Assembly: GCA_002269645.1 (NCBI GenBank)
Contig: NIVC01000015.1
Location: forward strand, 1-64,000
Direction: 5' to 3'
Source: Macrostomum lignano
Taxonomy: Eukaryota
Length of the DNA stretch: 64,000 nucleotides
The position numbers and the translations under genes were made by a program. Numbering within the stretch: the first letter of the stretch is position 1; every line of letters begins with the position of its first letter. Below, piece by piece: positions 35,916 to 47,300 of the stretch. The notes beneath the pieces were generated by a model. The model made no database searches, was not told where the DNA came from, and saw nothing but the letters and a program-made list of their open reading frames with translations.

Positions 35916-38468
35916 AGACAGCTGGAGAGAGCTACGTGGTAGCCAGGCAATGCACCGCAGAGCAAACCATCCTGCATCCCCAGATCGAGAGATAACCAGT
36001 CCGCATCGTTAGCCCCGTGATTTAATAATGTCTCGAACTCATAATTCTGGTCCAAGAACAGTGTTAGAAATATTCACCAATTCAGATCTCAAGTGCCGAA
36101 ATCTTATATTCATACAATAGCTGCACTCACGGTATACATAGGGATTCAGCTATAGGCTGGTCCCCCCCGCAGAGACTGACCATCTGCGCATGGCTTGGAT
36201 GCAGTTTACACACAGATTGGAATTGGCGGGTGCTTTGCTAACTTTTTTATAATCCCTCTGGGGTGGCCCAGAGAGAGAAGGAATCTCATTCACACGGCTT
36301 GTACACGACTGAAAACATCTCAAATTTATGGCGGCAAGGCGGCACAATTAAAACACTTTTTGAGCTTCTGACTGACGGAATGACACCGGAGGCTTGCAGG
36401 CGTCACGTGCGACAGGAGCTGCTTGCGCTTTTTTATGTAGCACCGAAACGCAGATCCATGCGGCAGAGGCGGGCCGGATAAGCTCTAAAAACACTGGAGG
36501 ACAAGTCGTAAAAAAATAAGGAAAAATCAGGCAAATTTGCTCCGCCGAAAGGAGTCATGGACCTTTGGTTGGATTTCTGGAATGGAAGCTGCCGAATATT
36601 GGGAGGGGCCAGCCCCCAAAGCGCAGAGAATGTACATGCAAGCTTTTCCACTACAGAAGGCAAAATTTGGGCCAGTCCAGATGTTTTAAGTGTCCATTAA
36701 GGGACCACCTTGCCGCGACAGAAAGTTGGGGAGAGTCAGACAGCAGATGGGGCCCCTGCTGTGAGCGTGTCAACCGGTCATTACAGCGATAAAAACATTG
36801 TTGAGAGTCGTTGAGGCAGTGGTTCTCCGGCTGGGGGAGAGATTTCACTTCCCCATCCGGGATGAGGGTAGGAAGCTGCAAATTGATGGCTAGATGGGGA
36901 GGAGGTGATGGAGAGCTTCTTAATACGGGCTTTAGAGACTCTGAGCCCAGATTCACCCAGTTCAATGCTGCTCAACCCTGCTCAACCTGTTTGACGCACA
37001 AATTAACAACTGTGTGAGACTGGCTGTCTATGGCAAAACCTCCACAACTGCCTTCACATCTGACATCGAACAAACACCAATTAAATTAAAGTTGCACTTT
37101 AACTGATGATAAATTGAGAAGCTTCTCCGACATCATTTCGTTCGCAACTTCTCAGAGTCTGGAGAGCTCTTCGAAAACCCTTCTGAATTGGAGGAGGTGA
37201 CAAAGAGAGTTTTAAGGGGAAACAGCGGGTGGGGGGCATGGGGGACCCGTAATGAGGGCCCGGGAGACTCCAGCCACCCAGTTGTCAACCCCATAGCAAC
37301 CGACTTTTTCTAGCAACTGTTGAGCACAGGGAGGAAGCGCGAGGGATTAGATGGGGATCTATGTTAGGCCTGCAGCAGGTCTCGCGGGACCCGCCCGGCT
37401 TTATTGAAGCCTCGCCCGGAGGCGGTGTCGGCGAGGCCGGTGATTGCCGTCAGTTTCTGGGTAATAGATTTAGGAAGCTGGGACCCGGCCGCTGGGCGAT
37501 GAAGCGTTGCGCCACCTCAATGCAAAAGCTGTTGCTAGGCGAGTTTGTGACAGGAAAAGTGGCTGAACGGCTGAAAGAAGATTGAAGGTGCGATAGCTGG
37601 GCTAATACGGAAACTTGTGGGTTGCCGTTGCTGCGAGGACATCTGTCGCCCAGTTAGGCTCAGGCTTAGGGGATCAGGCTCCATCAAATCCAGGTTTTGA
37701 GTCACCGCGGCTCGATTTTTTAGAGACCGGCTCAGCACGAGCAGCAGCCAAGGAGATTCAAAGAGTCTGGAGCCAACTTCAGTCGAAGGCCCTCAACTTA
37801 AGCCAAGCGATCCTGTTGCCACAGTCTTCTGTCTCCTATCTCCGTAATGTATTTTTTTCGAAAAAAACCGCCTCTTAAAACTTTCCAAGAAACGTACTTT
37901 CCCGTCCGTCTACTTTGAGTAGTCCTTGGTTGCTGTGTTTGCGCAGCGCTGAATGAGGTTTTGCCATTGACAAATTCAGGCGAGAATGAAACACACGAGA
38001 GACAGAGGCAGCTGAAATTATGCCGATATGTTTTGTCAATATCATCCTTTGCAATTCGAAAGTTCAGAAGTTGAAAACCAGCATCCAGAGAAATCTGCAG
38101 GAGAGGCTGCGTCCTGCTATTTTGGTAGTCCATGACTCTGGTTGGAAGTCCCTGAGCAAAAATGCCAATCGACGGGGGCGAGAAGCAGAATTTGAAGGAT
38201 TAGTTGCTGAGGTGCCCTGCGGGGCCAGTTGCTCTGTGCTCCCTCATCACCGCCTGAGCAGTCGGATATTAATGCCACGTGTCAGAGCTGATGGTCCGGC
38301 GCCATTAATCAAACCCTGCATTCATTCACAGCTCACTCGCTTCCGGGCAGCAAAGGTTTTGTATTTGTTGACGGAAATTATGAATACAAATTAATTCCAA
38401 CCCAGCTAGTGCATTGGGGGGCGTCTTTCGGGGAGGGGGCCTCGTTTGATGGCGCCAGCACCCTCAAG

Positions 38469-39513
38469 CAGCACCAGAGGCGCCAGCACCAGAGGCGCCA
38501 GCACCAGAGGCGCCAGCACCAGAGGCGCCAGCACCAGAGGCGCCAGCACCAGAGGCGCCAGCACCAGAGGCGCCAGCACCAGAGGCGCCAGCACCAGAGG
38601 CGCCAGCACCAGAGGCGCCAGCACCAGAGGCGCCAGCACCAGAGGCGCCAGCACCAGAGGCGCCAGCACCAGAGGCGCCAGCACCAGAGGCGCCAGCACC
38701 AGAGGCGCCAGCACCAGAGGCGCCAGCACCAGAGGCGCCAGCACCAGAGGCGCCAGCACCAGAGGCGCCAGCACCAGAGGCGCCAGCACCAGAGGCGCCA
38801 GCACCAGAGGCGCCAGCACCAGAGGCGCCAGCACCAGAGGCGCCAGCACCAGAGGCGCCAGCACCAGAGGCGCCAGCACCAGAGGCGCCAGCACCAGAGG
38901 CGCCAGCACCAGAGGCGCCAGCACCAGAGGCGCCAGCACCAGAGGCGCCAGCACCAGAGGCGCCAGCACCAGAGGCGCCAGCACCAGAGGCGCCAGCACC
39001 AGAGGCGCCAGCACCAGAGGCGCCAGCACCAGAGGCGCCAGCACCAGAGGCGCCAGCACCAGAGGCGCCAGCACCAGAGGCGCCAGCACCAGAGGCGCCA
39101 GCACCAGAGGCGCCAGCACCAGAGGCGCCAGCACCAGAGGCGCCAGCACCAGAGGCGCCAGCACCAGAGGCGCCAGCACCAGAGGCGCCAGCACCAGAGG
39201 CGCCAGCACCAGAGGCGCCAGCACCAGAGGCGCCAGCACCAGAGGCGCCAGCACCAGAGGCGCCAGCACCAGAGGCGCCAGCACCAGAGGCGCCAGCACC
39301 AGAGGCGCCAGCACCAGAGGCGCCAGCACCAGAGGCGCCAGCACCAGAGGCGCCAGCACCAGAGGCGCCAGCACCAGAGGCGCCAGCACCAGAGGCGCCA
39401 GCACCAGAGGCGCCAGCACCAGAGGCGCCAGCACCAGAGGCGCCAGCACCAGAGGCGCCAGCACCAGAGGCGCCAGCACCAGAGGCGCCAGCACCAGAGG
39501 CGCCAGCACCAGA
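38469..39513. repeat. 15-bp minisatellite (CAGCACCAGAGGCGC), about 69 copies with no variant seen
   Basis: Read directly; the unit has no stop codon in any frame. Confidence 0.99.
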
Positions 39514-39939
39514 AATAATTAAGTTTGCTAACTTGTAAAAACATAAAAAAAACAGCCGATAGAAATTGGTCATTCTCGCATGACTACTGTGAGTAGCATT
39601 AACAAAAAGGTGCGATTTAGTGTTTTATATTGCACTGGTTTCAAAAATGAACCGCTGATACCCTAAGTTTGGTTAAAACGGCATTTGATTTCATCAAACT
39701 AAACAGACAGACGCACACAACTATAAATACATGGGATAAGCCAATGAAATATGGCATACAGCACTATCTAATCAAAAGAACAATAAGTATAATGTGACAA
39801 TAAAATGTCAGTGACAAATTCAACGCTGCAAGCAAAACATGTGTTGCAAAAAGTTGCCTGTTCAAAGTTATTGTGCTTTTAAAAATAGAAAACAACAAAA
39901 TTTTGTGGTAATCTAAGCATTATAAATATTTTCGTTGTT

Positions 39940-40582
39940 TACAATGTACACTGGAGGACCGCGTGGATTGGGGTAGGGGCTGTTCTGGAGCCAATGTACA
40001 CTGGAGGACTGCGTGGATAGGGGTGGGGGCTGTTCTGGAGCCAATGTACACTGAAGGACTGCGTGGATTGGGGTGGGGCTGTTCTGGAGCCAATGTACAC
40101 TGAAGGACTGCGTGGATTGGGGTGGGGCTGTTCTGGAGCCAATGTACACTGGAGGACTGCGTGGATTTGGGGATTGGGGTGGGGGCTGTTCTGGAGCCAA
40201 TGTACACTGGAGGACTGTGTGGATTGGGGTGGGGCTGTTCTGGAGCCAATGTACACTGGAGGACTGCGTGGATTGGGGTGGGGCTGTTCTGGAGCCAATG
40301 TACATTGGAGGACTGCGTGGATTAGGGTTGGGGCTGTTCTGCAGCCAATGTACACTGGAGGACTGCGTGGATTGGGGTGGGGCTGTTCTGGAGCCAATGT
40401 ACACTGGAGGACTGCGTGGATTGGGGTGGGGCTGTTCTGGAGCCAATGTACACTGGAGGACTGCGTGGATTGGGGTGGGGGCTGTTCTGGAGCCAATGTA
40501 CACTGGAGGACTGCGTGGATTGGGGTGGGGGCTGTTCTGGAGCCAATGTACACTGAAGGACTGAGTGGATTGGGGTGGGGCT
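39940..40582. repeat. 49-50-bp minisatellite (GCCAATGTACACTGGAGGACTGCGTGGATTGGGGTGGGGCTGTTCTGGA)
   Basis: Read directly. Confidence 0.96.
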
Positions 40583-41370
40583 ACTATGGAGCAGCTAGCA
40601 GCCACCCACTTCACTGAGTAAACCACTCAGTTACACGGAGATTCAGCAGACCACAAATAATAGCCTATTTCAGTGTGACACTTATACACAGAGATCATAG
40701 ACAAATAATGCAAATAACGTACGTATTGTTTTTACAAAACTAAAACAACGATAAGCACACTGCACTACTGAAAGTAGCTTACGCACACTGCTGCACAAGC
40801 AAAGCAGAGGTTTAGAGGTAAAATTTGCTCAATACTCGTAGAAATACTTTCTTTTAAAAAGCGAGAACAAAAATTAATTTGTTTTCTTGATGTGCCGAGG
40901 TACTACTAAAATAAAGCTTAACAATAAGTAGCATAGATGCACGCGAACGCTATTATAGTAAATATCAACAATAAAAAATAGCGCTTGTAAACAAAAGTAT
41001 TTCATAAACAGCGATGAAAAGTATTAGCAAGTTTCAGTAGGATGAAACCAACAAAATATTGAAAGCTGTCGCAACAGATATCAATTAAGAAAAAGATTTA
41101 CAACAAATTGCTAAATCTACAAAACTTGCAGCAGGGACAGCGCAGTCCATGAAAACTCAAGATTGCACAAATTAATTTACTTCTATTACTCAATTTAAAA
41201 CTGACTGCCGACTTATTTTTTCGACTACATAATTAAACTACACTACTTACTAGCGCTGCGATCAGTAGCATAGTGAGGATAAAACTAAAAAATCTGTTAA
41301 AATATTGATTATCGAGGTTTCAAACTGTTGGGCCCCCTAAAAATACAAAAAGTTCCTGCATCATCATCAG

Positions 41371-44300
41371 CTACTCAGCAGTTCTCTGGCAGGCTCTCAG
41401 CAGGCGGCGGCGGGGCGCCAGTGCCGGCTCGGCCAGGCTGTGAGTGATGTCGAACAGAGACTGGTCGTCGGCAGCCAGCTGGCTCTCAAAGAAGCCGGAC
41501 TCGCGCGGCGGGCAGGTGGAGGTGAAATTCTCCTCGGTGACCAGCGGCGCCTGCCGATGGCTCCTGCCGGGGCTGCCGGACTCGTCGCGGGTGTTGGACA
41601 GGAACGGCTGCGACTCGTCCTCTGACTGGCCGAGGCGCCGGCCGCCACCGCTGCCAGCGGCCGAGTTCTTGCACATCGGCGACAGCTCGGACACGTGGGT
41701 GGTGCCGCTGCTGTTGTTGTTGCGCCGGCGGAGGCTCAGCCGCCTGAGCAGGTTTATCAGCGAGGGAATGCTGCCGCCCGAGTTTCCGCTTGACGACTGG
41801 GGAGGGGGCAACAGGTGAGGGCTGTGCTTGACTGAGCCCTGACTACCGGACCAGTAGCTGACACAGTCCTATCCGATCCTGACACATTCCAATCCGATCC
41901 TGACACATTCCCATCCGATCCTGAAACATTCCTATCCGATCCTGACACATTCCTATCCGATTCTGACACATTCCTATCCGATTCTGACACATTCCTATCC
42001 GATTCTGACACAGTCCTATCCGATTCTGACACAGTCCTATTTGATCCTGACACATTCCAATCCGATCCTGACACAGTCCTATCCGATCCTGACACATTCC
42101 AATCCGATCCTGACACATTCCTATCCGATCCTGACACATTCCTATCCGATTCTGACACATTCCTATCCGATCCTGACACATTCCTATCCGATTCTGACAC
42201 ATTCCTATCCGATTCTGACACATTCCTATCCGATTCTGACACATTCCTATCCGATCCTGACACATTCATATCTGATCCTGACACATTCCAATTCGATTCT
42301 GACACATTCCTATCCGATCCTGACACATTCCTATCCGATCCTGACACATTCCTATCCGATTCTGACACATTCCTATCCGATTCTGACACATTCCTATCCG
42401 ATTCTGACACATTCCTATCCGATCCTGACACATTCATATCTGATCCTGACACATTCCAATTCGATTCTGACACATTCCTATCCGATCCTGACACAGTCCT
42501 ATCCGATTCTGACACATTCCTATCCGATCCTGACACATTCCTATCCGATTCTGACACATTCCTATCCGATTCTGACACATTCCTATCCGATCCTGACACA
42601 GTCTATCCGATTCTGACACATTCCTATTCGATTCTGACACATTCCTATCCAATCCTGACACATTCCTAACCGATTCTGACACATCTCTAACCGATTCTGA
42701 CACATCTCTAACCGATTCTGACACATCTCTAACCGATTCTGACACATCTCTAACCGATTCTGACACATCTCTAACCGATTCTGACACATCTCTAACCGAT
42801 CCTGACACATCTCTAACCGATTCTGACACATCTCTAACCGATTCTGACACATCTCTAACCGATTCTGACACATTTCCCTCAGAGCTGACACATGAACTGC
42901 CACACCAGTAAGCCCCCAGAGCTCACCTTGGCATTCCCGGCAGAGTTCACCTTGGCCTTCCTATTCGCATTGTTGGCATTCTTTGACTGCCCCGAGCTGC
43001 CTGTGCCGCTCATCCTGGCGTGTCGCCGATTCTGCAGCCAAGCCCTGAGGCACTGCGGCGTGCACCGGCTCTGCAGCAGACACTTCTCCCAGCCGTCCCG
43101 GATCCGGTCGTGAGCGAATATTTGAGTGAAAAAGATGAAGCAGCCTTGCAGACCGTTGAGCAAAGTGAAAGCGTAGTGCAGCGCCACGAACAGGTGAGTC
43201 TGGGCAAAGTAGAACAGCAGGCCCAGCAACCAGGTCAGGCCAAGCAGGCCGGCCAGTGTCACGGACAGCTTCACCTGACGCCGAAGGTACGGCAGCAGGT
43301 CCGGCTTCGGGCAGCGGACGGCGTCGCGCTGGGTGAGCTTGACAAGCACGATGACGAAGACCAGGAGGTTGGCCAGGCACACCAGCAGCATGGGGGCCAG
43401 GAAGGCGTAGTTGGTGCCCAGCTCCTCGGACAGCCAGCACGCCTTTGGCGCCGGGGTGGCCGAGTCCGAGGCCAGGTCGGGCGACTCCAGCTGGATGAGC
43501 TGCCGGTGCCGCAGGCCGGCTGTGATGGCCACAATGACCGCTGGGGCGGCGTAGCTCAGCAGGCAGTAGTGCCAGAACTTCACCTGGCGGAGCCGGCAGA
43601 GTTGGACAGAAAACTTACTTATTTATTGCTGCTTTCTATACATATCGGGTGGGAGCTTGCGACTCACAGACTCAGGCTAGCCTGAGTCCCGTAGCTTCTA
43701 AACTCACCTTTATCCCGACTAATCTCACATCTATTCCGTCTAATCTCTCCCCTATCCCGTCTAATCTCACCTCTACTCCGTCTAATCTCACCTCTTTTCC
43801 GTCTAATCTCTCCCTAATCCCGTCTTATCTCTCCTCAATCTCATCTAATCTCACCCTATCCCTTCTAGTCTCACCTCTATTCCGTCTAATCTCACCCTAT
43901 CCCTTCTCGGCTCACCTCTATTCCGTCTAATCTCACCCTATCCCTTCTAGTCTCACCTCTATTCCGTCTAATCTCACCCTATCCCTTCTCGGCTCACCTC
44001 TATTCCGTCTAATCTCAACCAGTTCCATTTAATTTCACCCCCATCTAATCTCACCTCTATTCTGACTAATCTCACCCCTATCCCGTCTAATCGCACCCCA
44101 ATCCCGTCTAACCTTATCCCTTCAACTCTATCCATTCCCATCCTTCCCCACACAGTCTAATCTCGCAATCCTTAGCTCACCTTAGCAAACGCGGAGTCCA
44201 CTCCTGGCAGCACAACAATGAGACTCTTGGCGTACATCACGCCCTCGCACAGCAGCCAGCAGAACACGCAGAGCAGAGCGTACAGAGTCAGGCCGGACAG

Positions 44301-47300
44301 AATCTGACAGCCTAGGTGGCCGAGAGCGGCAGGCGGATTGAAGCCGACAAGGTAAAGCGAGTGAGCCAGCAGCAGGGCGAAGCACAGGCTGTGGTGCACC
44401 CTGTGCAGGGTGACCACTGACTTGTCAGCCAGCGGGCCCCTCAGTTTAATGGCCAGGTAGGTGATGTTGGTGATCAGCAGGCAGGCGATGGAGGCGCCCA
44501 GGCACACGTAGGTGAGGGCGCGCAGCACCGGCGAATGCATTCGCCACAGCCGGTGCGTGTCGGGCCCCAGCCAGACGGTGCCGGGCAGCACCACGGCGGC
44601 GAAGCTGGTCAGATGCTCGCAGCTGCAGGCTGTCCGACTGCTGTCCGACAGTTCGGCCACTGGACGGCAGCCACGCTCGGACAGGGAGCTGTCGGCCTGG
44701 AGGAAAACGCAGCGACGCTCGGCAGAGCCGACATTGGAGCTGTCCAGGTGCGGCAGCAGCAGCAGAACCCGCAGCTCCACGCCGCTGTCGAGCCGGGCCC
44801 CGTCAGCGGCCGAGTACAGCGTGGCCTGCACGATCCTCGACGCCACCGGCTGGCCAGCGTTGCCTAGGCGACTAATTAGACGCGGCAGGTTGACAACGCT
44901 GGTTACCATGGATACGGGAGGCGACGCGGCGGAAAACGAGGAGGCGGAGTTTCCTTTGTTGAGCAAGTTGACTTTCACTGCCGCAGAGTCGGACTGCATC
45001 AGCGCTGAGCCAGAGCGCATGCGGCGGACGGACATGGCTGCGGAGGGGGGGGGGTCGGGGATCCATGCTGGTGTACGCGGCATCTGCGCTCAATTACGAC
45101 GTATTTATGGGTGGTTTGGTGAATGTACATTCCATCGGCTCCAACAGGGGGTGGGGGGGGGGTTGCAGCCTAGTGCTTAGAGCGTCGGACTCACGACTGA
45201 AAGGTCGGGGGTTCGATTCCCGACCCACTCGGAACAATCTGTGTCCTTGAGCAAGGCACTTAACTCTGCATTGCTTCAGTTCACCCAGCTGTAAAAAGGG
45301 TGCCAGCATTAGCTGGGATAACTGAGGGTGCGTGTGGCGACCCCCAGTCCTTGGACTGAACAGCCGTACGCAGCCTTCAGATGCGCCGCGCAATAGCTGC
45401 GGCTGAGCTGTCGGTTGCACATCTGGCCCAATTGGGGCAGGTGTAATCAACTATTATAATTATTACATCCCATGAATTATGAATGTTTTAGTGATGTCTG
45501 GTGAATGTACATACGATGAATTCAGGCCGTTCTTCATAACTGTACAATTGTACATATTCCATGGCACACGAAGGCTTTTGTCGAATACACATTCCATTAT
45601 TTTATCATTTGAGTCGCTATGCACAGCATAGCCTTACAGGCATAAACTTGAGCCTTGTGGAATTTCGCCTGCAGCCAAAGCCTCAGTGCAAAGAGATAAA
45701 ATTACTAGCAAATCATATACCGCATTATCGCCGTATAAAATCTTCAAGCCGCTCCCTCACTGTTTGATTGTCAACAGGAAACTGGCTGACCAGCAGTAAA
45801 GATGGAAGCAGATTTGATGTTTATCAGAGCTTTGATCCCGAGCTAAAATGCTTTTAATGTAAATAGCTGCGCCAAAAACAGGGCCTGCAGCGGCAAGCAG
45901 AAAAAAGGTCTGCATTGGCGTCTTCAGTCTTTCGTTGCCGAGGCCTTGAAGTTCAAAATTATCCTTGAGGCAGTTTTTAGCACAAAAGAAGATGCTGGCT
46001 GCTGCATCATCCACTAATCTTGATTTATTATCAAGAGTTACAGGACGCATAGATAATTACAAGATTGGAGTTCACCTGATTACCAGATCAGCGCACACCT
46101 GATTACCAGATCAGCGGACACCTGATTACCAGATCAGCGCACACCTGATTACCAGATCAGCGCACACCTGATTACCAGATCAGCGCACACCTGATTACCA
46201 GATCAGCGCACACCTGATTACCAGATCAGCGCACACCTGATTATCAGATTGATGCACACCAGATTACCAGATCAGCGCACACCTGATTACCAGATCAGCG
46301 CACACCTGATTACCAGATTAGCGCACACCATTGCCCAGGAGCTCACCGATGGCACTGGTGCTAACGTTAACCTCGGGCCCGGCGAACTGCAGTCCCCTGC
46401 CCAGGCTGTCCAAGGTCCGAATGACGGCCCCGGCCGCCTCGGCCAGCTTGCGCCCGTCGTCGGCGTCTTCGCTGCCAGATTCGGCCGACGCAGTCCAGAC
46501 GTCCTTGGACCCGAAAGCGGTGACGCCGTTCAGCAGGTCGCCAACAGTCTGGCGCATCTCAAAGGCGCTGGCGTTGGCGAAGGCTGTTGAAGCCTCGGAT
46601 TCCAGCAGGCTGGCAAAGCCTGAAACCTCAGTGGCGTTGTCAAACTCGCGAGTCTGAGCAAACCGGCTGAGCACCTGCGCTTTCACGGACGAGTTTCGCG
46701 TCTCGGCAAGCTGCAAGTGGGCAGGAGGGGGGGGCATTCGCCAAGTTAAAGATAATTAGTACAAAAATTGGAAACACTTTACACTAGCCGATCAACTGAA
46801 TGTACATAGGCTAGTCAACTGAATGTACATAGGCTAGTCAACTGAATGTACATAGGCTAGTCAACTGAATGTACATAGGCTAGTCAACTGAATGTACATA
46901 GGCTAGTCAACTGAATGTACATAGGCTAGTCAAATGAATGTACATAGGCTAGTCAACTGAATGTACATAGGCTAGTCAACTGAATGTACATAGGCTAGTC
47001 AACTGAATGTACATAGGCTAGCGAAATGAATGTACATAGGCTAGACAATTAAGGGTACATAGGCTAGCCAACTGAATGTACATAGGCATAGACAATTAAG
47101 GGTACATAGGCTAGTAAACTATCGTGGTAAAATGAAATTGAATTTTTTACAAAGCCACTAAATGCTAGTCAACCTGAAATGCTGAAAGTCGAAAATCAGC
47201 TCCCCAGTTTTCCCAATTGGGCGACAAGCTTAGCGTCTCCTTAAAAGAGTATTAAAACTGGGCGCACGTGCAGACAGAAAAGAATCCCATGGGGTCCCTT

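Noticed and set aside
35920-38400. Short protein-like ORFs (e.g. DQNYEFETLLNHGANDADW; LLQISLDAGFQLLNFRIAKDD)
   Set aside because: No recognisable family and I could not build a phase-consistent exon chain. An undetected gene here is not excluded.
44902-44915. Perfect RFX X-box-like GTTACCATGGATAC (also a near match at 53553-53566)
   Set aside because: It lies inside a coding exon (SMVT codons) far from any start. Single motifs without promoter context are not supportable.
45159-45230. Functional tRNA gene
   Set aside because: The anticodon and acceptor stems pair poorly and no T-run terminator follows. The sequence continues into a SINE-like body.
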